A stretch of DNA of 54,007 bases, filler included, from Basidiobolus ranarum (Eukaryota): the NCBI GenBank assembly GCA_040143965.1. It is 3 parts of 3 records of this genome, joined end to end, with 100 filler letters (N's around TTAATTAATTAA, not from the genome) between each part and the next. Parts side by side here need not be neighbours in the genome. Positions count along the whole stretch, not along the records: positions 18,050 to 35,992 come from JASJQH010007163.1; positions 36,093 to 54,007 come from JASJQH010007164.1; 1 more part is not named here. The stretch is one strand, 5' to 3'. Of this stretch, positions 25,202-38,869 are shown one piece after another. The position numbers were made by a program, and so were the translations under genes. The notes under the pieces are model-generated. The model saw only the letters and a program-made list of their open reading frames with translations. It made no database searches and was not told where the DNA came from. How positions within the stretch are numbered: position 1 is the stretch's first letter; every line of letters begins with the position of its first letter.

Positions 25202-26685
25202 CTACAAAATTGCACAAGATCCACGATTACTAGTATCCCGATGAAACTCACGCCAACTAAAGTTAGATTTGATAGTCACATTTGGAAGGGATTTTTTGGC
25301 TTGTCTAACGCAAGTAAATGTAATGTTTGAACAGTCGTAAATCTCAAGATTCTTCAGTTTTTTGCAAGGGTAAAGATAAATGTGACTGACTGTTCGGTCG
25401 GTTATACGTAAGCAATTGTCTAACTTGAGGCTGCTTAATTTCTCACAATTATGAACGATTTCTATCACCCCACTATCCGTGATATTCTCTAACGAGCTTA
25501 CACATAACACTTCAAGATAGCGCAAGTGTGCGGCAATAGATTCGAGAGTAGTGTCCGTCAATAACTTGCAATCTTCCAAGTCCAGGCTAACTATCTCGCG
25601 ACAGTTCGAAGTAAGTTCCAAGAAAGCCACGTCGTCTAGCTGGTAGCAACCCGAAAGATCTACGTGCATCAAACCAGGGCAAGACTGAGCTAACGCTCGA
25701 ATTGCTACACTAGTAAGGTGTCGGCATCCCGATAGGTTCACAGAGGTAAGTTGAGTGCACCCTTGAGCCATAGTCACAATCCCAGCATCAGTAATCTCAT
25801 GGCAAGATCCCAATGATATGACTCTAAGTCCTTTCAATTGACTAATGACAGTCAAAGTATCATCATTAACCCCAACACATGAATTGGCTCGCAATAGCTC
25901 TAATTGAGTGCATTTCTTGGCGATCTCGATGAGGCCTAGAGAGGTAGTATATTGGCATCTAGATATGTTGAGTTGAGTTAATGAATTGAAATGCCGGCCC
26001 AGAATCTCCAATATTCTATCATCAACGGTGGATAGTCCGGAAACGTTCAAAATTCGAAGATCGGTGCATTTTTCGATGAAATAAATAAGACTGTCCCGAT
26101 TCAGAGAATGGCACCCATGTAAATGGATGTTCTGAATATTACGGCAACTATCAGATATATCTCGCAAACCCTGGGAGGTTAGTTGTGAGCATCCTCTGCA
26201 ATATGTGCTGACATATTAGTTGCTTTCTTTAGGTTAAGATGGCTAAACAAGGGGAATACCAACCTGAAATTGATGTTTTTAAGGAAATCGCCAGCTGTGC
26301 ATGCTAGATCAATCAGTCGATCCCCGGTAATGTACTTGTAGTAAGGAATAAGGTTTATTGTGTCCCAAAGAGAGCCATCAAAGGCGATCTCGTTCCAACT
26401 ACGACACACCTGTATGAAAAATTTGTAAATGGATTGTCCTTGAAATCTTAGCATATCCCATTTTATCACCTTCGATGCCCTTACTAGAGTAGGAATATCT
26501 AGAAGCTTAAAGGTGCGCAATATAATCTCAGACGGGAGCTTATCCACTGGATTGTTTAGGTTGACATGAACAGGTTCTGATGGAAGTAGGAATTTCTCCT
26601 CCAATAGTCCTGAGGACGAGAGCTGCAAATGCTGCTGAGAGTGATATGGAAGAAGGTGGATGACTTGAGCCGATTGAACCAACAT
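25202..26685 (-). CDS. F-box/leucine-rich-repeat protein, FBXL2/FBXL20-like, ending in a CaaX box
   Basis: F-box LPSEIILRTFKLLD..VCRSWNEIAFDGSLW, 26-aa cysteine-containing LRRs, introns 26410-26469 and 26196-26263, C-terminus CAIL. Confidence 0.9.
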
Positions 26686-28309
26686 TTTAATTATACGCTC
26701 TAGATGGTTAGGAGCTATCAAAATTGCGAAATCAAATGGAGAATAGATGTAGTGTGTAGTTTAGAGGTAGTTGAAGAGAATCAGATCTAGTATGGGGTGA
26801 CACTACAAATGTACAATAGCAAGAAACACTCCAGTTTTCTATACAGGAAGTGAAGAGTATCAAATGAATGGAACAAAGGTAGATGCCGGTGCCATGAATG
26901 AATGTTGTTCCTTTTAAACGCCGAAGTTGATGGGTTGGGTCTCTCCACCCCGAATATCTCCCCCTATTTCGGAACTGCTGAAATCTGGTCCAAGTATCAA
27001 AATAATAGCAGAATTGTACCACTCCCAGCGATATAATTGGTGGGTCTGCACAGCTTTGAGCGATGTATTTTAGACAGGGTACAGCAATCACTGTAACAAG
27101 GTAAATGAATTCATTAACTGTAGTTACCGAGCTTAAATTGGTATAGATTGGTAGATCGATGATTCCAGGATAGCATTGGCACCTAAATTGTATGCAATGA
27201 TTGTCAACTAAAGTTTACTTGTCCTGGCCCCAAGCCCTTCATACCCAGAGAGCTTAAAAAAAGACAACCTTTGAAACATCGGCTCAGTCTATCGAATAAT
27301 ATCTCGTACTGGCTATGAATGGGCATGGCCGCCAGTGAATAAAAAACACTGGTACAGTTGGCGTATGCGATTTTTGTTATTCAACCACCAAAAGCGGTAG
27401 TAATCCACAAACTACCTAGCTGTACATCAATAATTGGCCCTATTGACTGGGAAAATCTAACAGATAACTTGCACGAATAACAAATCTTTCGCTAACGTCA
27501 ACATCCGTTGCACTATGACTGCCAACTGAAAAAGAGATCTTCCAGAAGGTACTGTTGATTGGGCTAGGGTGAAACGTGTCACACTCGCTCCTCCCGTGAA
27601 GGCAAAGAATTACACATCCACATGTGCCACTTACACCATGTCAGGTGTCGTGATTCGGGAAATCCTAATGTTGATCTTGTATCTGGAATGCACAAATCAG
27701 GGCAAAAAAAATCTCGAGGGATGAGAGCTCTACGGTTTATTACTACGCGTCTTAGTGGCCACAGGTGCAGCAGTGGCCTATATCTTGTGCCAACTCCGTG
27801 ATGCACGTCAAGCACGGGGCTGGTGATATCATGGTACGTAAGAACCACAGTGGTAGTGATTATGCAGATGTATATGCCCTCACATATTCGAATATCGCAA
27901 TTTACCTCGGATTTATTTTCGCATTACGTGTTTAACGAGTCGGCCATTGGCCAAAACCCTTCTACTCGAATGATATGAGACAGCGCTAATGATAAACCAG
28001 ACTATCAAAATGCTTTTTCTGTATCTTGATATCGAATGACAGTGTCTAGGATTGTGAAAATGGGTTACAAGCATCCTAGATCCTAGAATTCAAGGATAGA
28101 CATTGGATACTATAGCATGGATGACAATCACAGAACCCATACAAATGTTGGGAGAAAAGGTCGTTGTGTTTCTAGTGTCATACGTATATATTTCTTGACC
28201 CCTACATAGTGATTTGCTCTGAGCAATCAAGTAACGAGATGAACTGTGCAGGTCTGGATTACGTGGTGATACGCCTAGTAACTCTATTTATTGCTGTAAA
28301 TGTGCCATC

Positions 28310-29373
28310 CTATTTACCAAATCTTTGATCACAACGTGCGTACCGATACACCGCATTAATAAAGTCCGAATACATGATTTTACCCGTGTGAATACAGTTA
28401 CTAACAAAACAATGTTAGTATATACAGTGAGCAACATGCTGATAACAAATACTCACTAAATTTCGGTAAGTCGGAGTTGCCAAGGGGGAAATCCTTCCAA
28501 CAATAAATATTTCCCAAAGTGAAGTAACAATTGTGGCTCAGGAATATCTGACGATAATGTGTTAATGGGTCAAATCTGAAGCAACTAAACCACTTGCCAA
28601 CATAAAATAGTACCTGATAAAGCATTATCTAAAGTAGATATATCAATCTCGCGTGCTTCGAAATCTTCATTCAGCACTCTTCGCACCATTCTCTTTGACA
28701 CCTCTGCAATAGAATGTTTTCCCGAGTTTTCAGAGAGTAGAGTAATTCTTAAATCTAGAATATTTGATAAATAAAAGTACTATAATAAATGATCTCTGCA
28801 CAAACTATACAACTCACCTGGAGTATGGCGTTGTTGTTGTTGCTTAGATGTCCGGGCAGCAAAAGTTCCCAATTCGTATTTTACTAAAGAAGATATCGCA
28901 GAAATACCAATAACTGGTAATTCTTTCCAACCGCACTCTACGAAATATTCCTCCGTAGCTTTTACAATATCTTGAGCAAGATTCGCCAACTCATTCTTGG
29001 AAAATTCTGATGTTTTAACACATATGAAATAAAATAGTTAGAAAACTCAATAAATATTAAACAAGTGATAGTGTCAATCTTTACCACGCGAACTAAATAT
29101 TGTTAGGTATGGAATCCCAGCTGCGATACACCAAGAGGCCAAGTTTGCTATAGAAAGTGCAAGCTGATCTTTTGGGGCATCTAGAGGAAGAATCATCCCT
29201 AGATTTCTAGGCAGCTTTTTCAATGACTTTACCTGGCAATCAACAGTCTTCAAATTTGGTCGAGAGGTATTTGCAAACACAGTTTTTAGATAGTGAAGAG
29301 AATCCAGGAAAGATAAATATATCTTGAAACTCCAATGAAGTATGAATAGTATGCAGGCATATAACCACCGCAT
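28310..29373 (-). CDS. NUS1: Dehydrodolichyl diphosphate synthase subunit Nus1 (NgBR); multi-exon
   Basis: N-terminal TM, KKLPRNLGMIL, WCIAAGIPYLTIF, PEPQLLL..EGFPPWQLRLTEIY, C-terminal CDQRFGK* (RxG motif). Confidence 0.9.
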
Positions 29374-30516
29374 ATTGCTCTTTTGCGGTCTATCGACTAA
29401 TTATTTTGCGGACTGCGCAACCGTTGAAAATGAAGGAATTTGCTTAGAAATGTTAGAACCTACCTACCATCCAATTCTGTATCATATTCAAAAAAAAAAT
29501 ACTGGAGTATCTATCCAATCGAGTTTTTGGAATTTCCACTATCGCCCATTGAAATCAGGCCATGCTAAATATTCAAACTCAGATTTAGTTGTGGTAAGAA
29601 ATTTAAAGACCATGAAATGATTAGTAAACAAAGTTAGTTTGACTGTTACACCTTTCGTTGCCATTAGATTTAAAGTAGGGGTCACAGAAGATGCCTGATA
29701 CAGAGGTAATGCAGGTTCCCAACAGTTTTTTCATCTCTTGAATGCGTACCATGGGGATTCTCGTACACTCGGGATGGATTGTTTGTGAACCGTAGATTCA
29801 ATCTACATTAGATAACTGACATCCTACAAAATAGCCAAATCTAGGAACGATTTAGTATGAGTAGGCCAGCGCTTCTATGTGTAGTTTTCCTCTCGAGAAG
29901 GAGAAAAAGGCATAGAAATTGATCTCAGCTTAGTAGATAGTAGCGAGAATCCCTCTGATGGATTCGTAACCACAAGGTTGTCTGGAAATAGTTCACTAGA
30001 TGGTACGTCTCCACTTTTGTTTCGTCCAATACCTCTAGTCAGATACTATGTTTCTTGAACTCGCAAGATGAACCACTAAAACATGTGCTTGGCGGTGAAT
30101 ATGCAGCCAAATACGCCGCTCGGATTCATTTCAGACTTATGGATACTTCCGAAGTTGTGTCTCCGATTTCCATGGATACTGTTCGCATCCAATTGCAGTC
30201 AAATATCCGTCTCTAGACAAAAGAAGGTTTTCTATTCGAAATGGATATTGTAAATTTACCTTATGTTTGCACAGAATGATTTCCCCTGATAATTACAGAA
30301 AATTGAGACTTTCCACACTCGAAGTACCAATAGCCCCCGTCCCTATCGTACCTTACCCTTGAATCCCACGCTTACTCCTGACTACATAATTTCCCGTGGA
30401 TCGAGTGTATACTAATCGAACTGTAGATGGTAGTTTGCTTCTCAGACAATAGTTCACATGCTTGCAATTAGTAAGTTTATTAAGCCCTCTCAAAGCTAAC
30501 AAGATTACATACAGGC

Positions 30517-30732
30517 TCATAAGCCAAACGGAACAAGAGCTCCAAAAATGTACTTCAAATAAGGTGTATGCTCAATGATTGGCCCCACGATTGGTGCTTG
30601 AGTAAGTTCTACGAGAATGCGATCCCGCTCAAAGCCAGCGTCACTTTCTTCCAAAGCATATCCCGCCACCGTCTCGATGCTCAACATCATCAAAACCACC
30701 AGCAGCAAGAGAACCAGGGTTTTATTGAACAT
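30517..30732 (-). CDS. Small secreted or membrane protein, 71 aa
   Basis: ATG start, signal peptide MFNKTLVLLLLVVLMMLSIETVAG, TATA-like sequence upstream near 30775-30783. Confidence 0.55.
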   Translation of the reverse strand: MFNKTLVLLLLVVLMMLSIETVAGYALEESDAGFERDRILVELTQAPIVGPIIEHTPYLKYIFGALVPFGL

Positions 30733-32240
30733 GATTAGGTAAAGCGGATTGATCTAGGTCACCTTTATGTAATGTTTATATACCTAATTTGGCCATAATG
30801 AGCCCCATTCAATGTTACATCATTTGGTTTCGTTGTTCCAATGGCTGATGTACAAATCGCGATCGAAACAATCGTATTTCTTTACATCGCTACCATCCAG
30901 GGCCCTGTTTCTATGGGGCTGATCGAGGCAAGCTTCCGAACAGAAGCTCCTTACGTTTAGCATTCACTTTATCAGATCTGATACATTGTCGGTGTTTTGC
31001 ATTTTTGAAATCTTGAATAAAACAGTCGCTTATCAAACAGGCACCTGGAACAGCCCTGGTTGCACCCATTTATGATGGGTTTCGAGGATCAACCTAGGCT
31101 TTTGTGTCGAATACTCTGGTATTTCCCTTGACTTCCAATTCTGTGTAAAGTGCGTTATCTGTCTTAGGGATATTCCGGATACATAAGAAACAGTGGGGCT
31201 TTAGCCCACGAGCAATACTGTTTACTTTCCAACACATAAGATGGCAGAAAAATTCCCGTCAATTAAGAAATGTATAGCAATTTCTCTTGAACGAATCGCT
31301 GTATAGACTTGCAATGTTTGATACAGTATTTGCATATCTTTTGGCGCATGTTAAGTTCCACCAAACTGCGTCCAAGCTCTGAGCAAAACTCGGGTTATAC
31401 AAACAATGATAATTAGAAAACCTTCGGGGATTTTGTTGAAGCACGAGGACTGAATTCCAGCATGCACGGCAGCCTCGTAGATTTTTCGAGATGTGCTTCT
31501 CAGAAAATGCTAACGAGTCATACGGCTTATTCAAATGGTTGAAGTATACTAAGTGTTCTAAGTTAGTCTCAATAAAATCTGCATAATCATGCACTGTCGA
31601 TTATGGTGAAGCATGGTAAACGAGAAATGGTAGCGTGCACCTGCTTGGGTGGATTTCACCAAGTAATCATCGATTTTTATCAAGTCTATCTCCTGAAATC
31701 AGTGTTGACATTTATTTTTCAATGACCCAGATCATTCATGCATCCTGCACAACCTCGCATCTTTGACAACATTAATAGTGCTTATTATACAATTTCTTTG
31801 TCATGTAACGCTCAGGCTGTAATTTACTTACTCATACTGGTTGAAGTGTCTAGCAATCGAGCCTGGACTCATATAAAACTCATCAGCGCTCACCTAGCAT
31901 CCGTTTAATCGTTAGAAATTATCTAAAGGATTTGCTTTAGGCCAAGTTCCTTGAACTTACTCAAAGCAGGGTCTTTATCTGAATTTAGTTTATACGGTTC
32001 TCTGACATCTTTCAACCTCGGTAAACACAGACAAGCATTTCAAAACAACACATTTTATAGACCTGATCATTCTTGTCTTATTCTTCTCAAAAACACTCAC
32101 TCTTTCTATTCACACTCGAGAACAAAGTCTAATTCTACCATTCTCGATCTTTGCTGTACACATTAGTTTTGTGATCGAGAGGATCTTCACATTACACTAT
32201 ACCATCAACAAAGCATAGTGTTCTCTATGACCATCTCGCG

Positions 32241-33581
32241 ATGATAGAACTCCACAACGATGTCGAAAAAATCAGTGTTCAGCAAAGTCAAACATTGATT
32301 GATGTAGCCGTTCCTTTGAATCTCATTTCTATGTTCTTTAGTCTATCGGTAGTTCTCATTTTCATAATATTCCACAGCTTCAAAAGTCATTTGGTCAATC
32401 GAGTTTCTCTGAGATTAACGTTTGCTGTTGCGGTAGTAGATCTCTTCTACTCTGGCTTCCAAATTGTAAGCGATATTTCGCAGGAAAGCGGTACACTGTG
32501 TGCTTTGAGTGTCTGGGGCCATATCCAAACCACTCATTTATCTACTTTTCTGACTGCGATGATTGCATTCAATCTTCAAGTGATCTTCGTTCATGGTAAA
32601 CGCCAGACCCAGACGTATGAAAAATACTATTTTTCTGTTGCTGGACTGCTGTCTTTAGCAATTTCATTACCTCCTCTACTTGGTGGAAGACTAGGACATG
32701 ATCTATACCAGGAGTCATGCTGGTATAGCATATATGATGCCTCAGAACGTATGCTCTGGACTTGGGTGACTCTTTATTTCTGGACAATGTTGGGCGTCTT
32801 CTACTGTTGTATCGTAGTACTCTTGGTTTTAATTAAGATCACACGAGAACGCCGGAACAGAAAAAAATTCTTCACAAGCGACTCTATTACCATCGAGTCA
32901 ACTATGAACAAAGTGGTGCGTCGAGTGATTCTCTATCCGATTATTCCAATTCTTACGCAATCCTTCAATCTTATTTCGGAGTTGGATATTTATCTGAACA
33001 AAAGAATCAACTACACCTTCCTTTTATTATCGTTCATTGGAACTTCCTCACAAGGGATTCTCAATGCCATTGTATTCTTCGTCGATCCCGCTATTCAAAA
33101 CGCCTGGCCTGATCTAAAAGATGATTTGATATTTCACTATCACATTCGTTATGAAAAACTTCGAAGTTTCAACGATAATGGAGAGAGTAGTTTAGAAGAT
33201 GACTACAAATATCCAAAACTCGCCTCCATTCTCAACTTTGTGGTGAGAAAAATCCTGCTGAGTCGCGCTGATGCTGCTCGTCTCCTTCAAAGCGATCAAT
33301 GCTACGCGGCGATGAATCTCCGGTACTCCATTGTGGAGCCCATGGAAAAAGCCATTCTTCATCGTCCAAATCGACAAACAGGTCAGACTTCCAGTCCCAT
33401 TCGGTATTACGAGCAAGACCCAAAAAGTTTAGCTTTCCATGCTCGCAAAACCAGTTTAGATGAAGGATTTCCTTTCTCTAGCATCGATTCGGTTCATGTT
33501 GAGGAAAGTGTCTCGGTGTACTTTTACCAAGCCACTAAATACGATACAATTGGAGATAACCAATACATATGCTATATGTAA
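32241..33581 (+). CDS. 7-TM G-protein-coupled receptor, cAMP-receptor-like/Git3-related
   Basis: Seven hydrophobic helices, RVSLRL in the first loop, Cys pair (LCAL, ESCWY), RRVILYPIIPIL, SQGILNAIVFFVDPA. Confidence 0.85.
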   Translation: MIELHNDVEKISVQQSQTLIDVAVPLNLISMFFSLSVVLIFIIFHSFKSHLVNRVSLRLTFAVAVVDLFYSGFQIVSDISQESGTLCALSVWGHIQTTHLSTFLTAMIAFNLQVIFVHGKRQTQTYEKYYFSVAGLLSLAISLPPLLGGRLGHDLYQESCWYSIYDASERMLWTWVTLYFWTMLGVFYCCIVVLLVLIKITRERRNRKKFFTSDSITIESTMNKVVRRVILYPIIPILTQSFNLISELDIYLNKRINYTFLLLSFIGTSSQGILNAIVFFVDPAIQNAWPDLKDDLIFHYHIRYEKLRSFNDNGESSLEDDYKYPKLASILNFVVRKILLSRADAARLLQSDQCYAAMNLRYSIVEPMEKAILHRPNRQTGQTSSPIRYYEQDPKSLAFHARKTSLDEGFPFSSIDSVHVEESVSVYFYQATKYDTIGDNQYICYM

Positions 33582-34680
33582 ACCCATTCAATCTATTTAA
33601 AACACCCAAGCCTATATTTCATGCCACCAGTTTTATCCACAAAATCCCATGCTTACAACCACCAATTGCATGTTGCCACCTAAATAAGATGCTCAATCAC
33701 TGCAGAAAACCTCTTATATGGATACCCACCAGATTGATCCGAAGACTGTACAATTCAACAACACTCCTTCGTTGCTGAGCTGCCCAATAGATTCATTCGA
33801 GATTTTAGCACATCATTTTTGTTTCAATCACCCTTTAGATCCTTTCCTACCTTGCAATAGAAAGTTCCCAAGCTTCTTTGGATCACTGCAGTAATTTGAA
33901 CCGTAAATATACCATAGCTGTATCCCTTCACACCCATTTTGAACCTTGCTTGGAGTCTGTCAAACTAATAGTAGTCCCCTTCTTGAAGTTAGTTACCTTA
34001 CATGGTTGGAATTAGCGTCAATCGTCTATTAAGTTTTTGTGGAGTGTTGGATTCAGTCTTCTATTAAAGATTTTGTACATAGCTCCAGAATTGGTCGATA
34101 GCGTGTTTGCATACTATACATAGCCTGTAGTCATCTGTCAGCATTAGGCAGAATTAGAAGCATATTGTGTTCATGAGAATTAGCAGTCCTGCTGCTTGAG
34201 GAGCGCGACGGTGTGATTTTGAAGCCCTAGCTGTAAATTGCTAAAAATTGTTGCTGTCGAAAAGCTAGCACTTCGAGGGTCTCGTGCCTTAACACTGATA
34301 AATCTTTGTGGGGCTTGGAAGTTTGATTGGTCTGCATGGTATGAACGATGAACATCTGTCATGGTATTGCATGCGTGAATCAGAAATATTAGGTGGCTAT
34401 TCGCCCGACATTCTCTCTTCACTTGATTCACTCCCTGTTGTATGATTGGCGTCTTAATGCTAAATCACATTAAATACATTGATGTTGGAGCCACCAATCA
34501 ATCGAAAGAAAATTTTAAATCGAAGTAGCAAACTAAGCATATTCAAATTAAGTATCAAATTAGAGATTTATTTCCCGTATATAATAATATCAATTAATGG
34601 GTAACGCGAACTACAGATTGATAAACATTCATACGCACACCAGTTGATGAACATACTTTCATACTTGTTTGTTATCTGCG

Positions 34681-35937
34681 ATGAATCCCAACATTCACGA
34701 CCAGTTTCAATCTTCAAGACAACTACAATCTAACCGTGCGATCTACCCATACTCATCCCCAGGAGACCTAAACGCGTCAGTTACAAATCCCGCGTTATCA
34801 GCTCCATATATGTCTGGAGGAAATTTCTCACAACTAAATCTTGCCCTTGGTTTAAATTATGGTGAATCTGTCGACAATTCTCAACTTTATCAGTCGGAAA
34901 ATGTATCCTTGCCGTTGTCAAACTCGAACTTTGATCTAAACACATCTAGAGCACCAGGACATATGCTCTTATCAGATTTTTCGGGCCAAAATTTACAAAG
35001 TTCTAGCATTAACCAACAAAGTATGGTGCCCAACTATGGCGACCAAGAGATGGCTCCAACCGATAACAATTTACTGAAGTTAGGGCCTAATATGACCGAG
35101 AGCTTCTCAAATCTCTCTTCTAATATGCAACTTGGAAATGGCGTTATGCTCTCGGGCCAATATTCCCCTCGAAACTCATTTGTTACTGAGAAGAGCAATG
35201 CAATTCGGAATTTTACAGAAATTCAAAGTTTAAGTGGAAATGAAAATACCCAAATACCGTGGAATTCTAATGATTTTGCCAACAATTCCCGGAGTGACTT
35301 CAATTCAACTCTTATTTTTCAAGCGGATAATTCAGAACAAAACACAACTCTTGATAATTCCACTCCCTCGGATAATAGTGCTGCAAATTATGGCTCTATG
35401 TTTTCTGCTTCTCCATCCCACTTTTCGCCGAGTTCGCAATTTTTTCGTTCTTATCCTGGAGACAGTCAACTATTGCCTCCTCACTCTTCTCTAGCTCCAA
35501 GTACTTCAAATGGCTATGTTGCCACCGAAACTTATAGTCATATTACAAATAATGGCTCTCTCAACTCAAATCCAACATTAAGGACTACTGAACAACAATA
35601 TAACATGGAGTCTGATGGAGTTGACGAGCAATCGGATTTTTCTTTACCTCAAAATTATAGCAATACTAATACGGTACCATCACACGGATTATCTAACTCT
35701 TCGAACCGACAAACCAATGCTGATAATACTGGTAGTCAGCCTAATACAGTACCAACACGCACTCAGTCACCAAAGAATCTCGTATCCGATCTCACTCCTT
35801 CTCAGTTTCTTAAATCACTCTCAGAATTTATGAACAGAAGAAACACATCTATCACTCAACTTCCTTATATTGGAACACAGCTAGTCAACCTCTGGGCACT
35901 ATATTCTGTTGTGACAAGTCTAGGAGGCATGTTACAA
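34681..35937 (+). CDS. ARID-domain protein (Swi1/ARID1-like), first exon, truncated by the gap
   Basis: Long N/S/Q-rich region then FLKSLSEFMNRRN..PYIGTQLVNLWALYSVVTSLGG, followed by a GTAAGA donor. Confidence 0.8.
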
Positions 35938-35992
35938 GTAAGAAAGAAATATTCAGTTTAGCTTCTCCTCTAAATTAAACCATAATTTTATC

Positions 35993-36092
35993 NNNNNNNN
36001 NNNNNNNNNNNNNNNNNNNNNNNNNNNNNNNNNNNNTTAATTAATTAANNNNNNNNNNNNNNNNNNNNNNNNNNNNNNNNNNNNNNNNNNNN
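35993..36092. other. Assembly gap with artificial linker
   Basis: N run with TTAATTAATTAA at 36037-36048. Confidence 0.97.
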
Positions 36093-36203
36093 TTCCTTGT
36101 CCAGTCTTGTCTTGTCTTGTCTTGTGGTCTACACCCAAGTACTCTCCTGCCTTCTAGCCTCTTGTCATTGTTCCCAGTCCTTGTCCAGTTCCTTATTGTG
36201 ACA
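36093..36203. mobile_element. Possible LTR terminus at the contig edge
   Basis: CTTGT-repeat-rich stretch ending TGTGACA (TGTCACA on the minus strand), abutting the gap. Confidence 0.35.
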
Positions 36204-36410
36204 ATAATGAGTGCGGGGTGGCGATGTAATTGTCGTCACAGAGTTAGTAATTCTGCCACTAAAATAGATATGGGACTGGTTATGTAGGTGTGGATAATGA
36301 AGGATAAATTCGCAACGGTGTCTATAGAGTTACTGTTTTTGTCTCGAGGGGTGCAGGTGTAGTCGCTATTGATTGTGATGGTACTGGTATCTACAACTCT
36401 GTATAGGATA

Positions 36411-36703
36411 GAGAATTAGAGAAATTGGTGGTTTTCACTTATTGACTTATTGAGTTGAAAGTTGACATTTATACTTTTGTCAAGATGTAAACAAACTAAT
36501 GGGTAGAATGTGTTAAGGAAGGTCCCAGAAACATGTGTGCAAAGTTTGGGGCTTCTAGCACAAGTTATCAAAATCCATATATCTTCAAACTTCCAAGTAA
36601 ATTCCTCATGAGAATAATGGGTAATATCTTAGTTCAATATAAGATAACTAAATACTAAACTATATATGACTATATAGGTGTTTAGGCAATGCTAATTTCA
36701 ACA
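36411..36703 (+). mobile_element. Dispersed repeat copy 1 (293-bp core, ends TTTCAACA)
   Basis: 16 mismatches in 293 bp versus 40451-40743 by hand count, no indels. Confidence 0.9.
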
Positions 36704-36818
36704 CCCATCAGGTCTGCTAACAACACAAGTCTCACCAACGTGATCTTCATGCTTTTGGTATCAATTGTAACTGCGTGACCTCATCAGCAGGGTTAACAAC
36801 AGGTATGATTATATCATC

Positions 36819-36884
36819 AGTTATAGCTGTAAATATATTTAGTTATAGCTGTACATATATTTAGTCATAGCTGTACATGTATTT
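36819..36884. repeat. 22-bp tandem repeat x3
   Basis: AGTTATAGCTGTAMATATATTT-like unit three times. Confidence 0.85.
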
Positions 36885-37999
36885 GAATCTAACTCTCAGT
36901 GGCTTATGTATGAAGAAATCTACTGTTCCTATCACTGTGCCATCACTTACTGGACTGGTAGATGTAGTAGGTAGAGGTCTATGTATGTAACTCTTTGCCA
37001 ATAATACTTTCTTTTCGGTCTATCAGGGGAGTACTAAAAAAGCAATTGTAGAATTTAAGCATGGGTTTTCTTGTGGAGCCCACGTCATTTTATTTTCTCA
37101 GCGAGTTGTATCGTCGTTGTGCCATAAGAAAAAGCCGTATATGATTTCACTATATCAAGAGACTGGCACGACAAGAGTGAGACTCACAATGGCTTAGTAA
37201 GCCGACTTGCAATTCCTGAATTCATCTTGATTCATGAATCTTTCCCAATGTTCCACAGCCACACGGCGTAATATATACTCTTAATTGCCGAATGTTGGTG
37301 TTTACGATACACTACTGCGCTAGGCAGTAGCTGTTAACACTAACACATAACAAGAGCTACAGACGTCCAGTCGAGAAGGGATCACTCCTGATGCTTCTTG
37401 TCCTAAACACGTCGGCTCTCTATGAAAACTGACCATGGATCAATACTATGGCGAATAGCTCCTTTACCTCACCAAAGTTGCGATAATTACGCACAAGAAC
37501 TATGACCCCGGAATCTGGCAACATATTTAGCCTATACGTCAATACTTTGCTTGCGAGTTCTAGTAATAGTTATAGTACCTGTGCGACATATACATCCACT
37601 TCAAGACAACTGCTACCGTTTACTGGGATGCTTAAAATTGACGTCTATGATATTGATCCAAATTAAGAAAAAAAGGAAAGAGATTGTGAGTGTGAGCTGA
37701 GTAATCAAGAAGGGAAAGGCAATAGATAAACAACCGGGAAACATTAAAAATCAAGATAATAAACGAAACGCGAAACATGACCAACAGAAAAGTAGCAGTC
37801 ATATATGACTAATGACACTGGTGAAGTATCAATAGGACCCAATAATAATAAAAAACTGATGTAATATAAGAATCCACTATATATCGGGCCTTAGAACCTA
37901 TATTGTATAAGGAATTGGAGATTTGCACCTAATCCTCTTCAACTCACACGATCTATACTTCTTCCCTACCGTTTACCAATCCTAGAGCAAGCAATTATA

Positions 38000-38869
38000 A
38001 TGAGTCCTACACTCCAGTTTCAAGTTTTGGTGACCAAACGTAAAAGCGCCACAAGTGGTGTTCCTCCCGGGAAAGAAGACATTCTTTGGGTGGGTTCTTC
38101 TTCGACATTAATTCACGATGGTAAAGATAGCATTCTTGTTGACACATTCTTAGGGAAGGACGACAACGAAACATTGGTAGACTGGGTGGTTCAATCAGGT
38201 TATAACCTCAAATACATATATGTGACTCACGGACACGGTGACCATTGGTTTGGTATACATTTACTGCTGCAAAGATTCCCTCAAGCTCAGGTGTTAGCAA
38301 CAAAAGCGACAGTTGAATGTATGAGGGAAAATGTGGCTCAAGAGTGGTTAGATCGGTGGCAGACCCTGTTTCCTGGTCAAGTGCCCAAGCACGCTGATCA
38401 ATTATACAATCCCAACAACGTCAAGACTATCAATGGCACCAACTATTCTTTCCAATTGGGGGGTCATGAGCTGGTTGCTCATGAAGCTGGCTACACCGAT
38501 ACACATAGCACAACGTATTTGCATGTTCCTTCTATCGATTTGGTAGTCTCTGGCGATGTCGTCTACTGTCATGTATTCCCTTACCTTACCACCACAACCG
38601 ACAAAACAAGACAAGAATGGCTTAAAGCTCTTGATAGTATTGCCGCTCTGAAGCCTCAGTACGTTATACCTGGTCATACAATTCCCGATGGCGGTTATGA
38701 TCCCAAACATATTGAAGAAACGAAGAAGCTTCTTCTGGATTTCAATCGGTTTATTCCGCAGTCTGACTCAGCACTTGACCTCTACAACAAAGTGTCTGCT
38801 CTACACCCTCATCGTGTCAACCCTGGCTCTCTATGGGGTGGATGTAATGCTGTCAAGGAACAGCAGTAA
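38000..38869 (+). CDS. Metallo-beta-lactamase-fold hydrolase, intronless
   Basis: ILVDT, THGHGDHWFG (HxHxDH), VVSGDVVY, VIPGH. Confidence 0.9.
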   Translation: MSPTLQFQVLVTKRKSATSGVPPGKEDILWVGSSSTLIHDGKDSILVDTFLGKDDNETLVDWVVQSGYNLKYIYVTHGHGDHWFGIHLLLQRFPQAQVLATKATVECMRENVAQEWLDRWQTLFPGQVPKHADQLYNPNNVKTINGTNYSFQLGGHELVAHEAGYTDTHSTTYLHVPSIDLVVSGDVVYCHVFPYLTTTTDKTRQEWLKALDSIAALKPQYVIPGHTIPDGGYDPKHIEETKKLLLDFNRFIPQSDSALDLYNKVSALHPHRVNPGSLWGGCNAVKEQQ

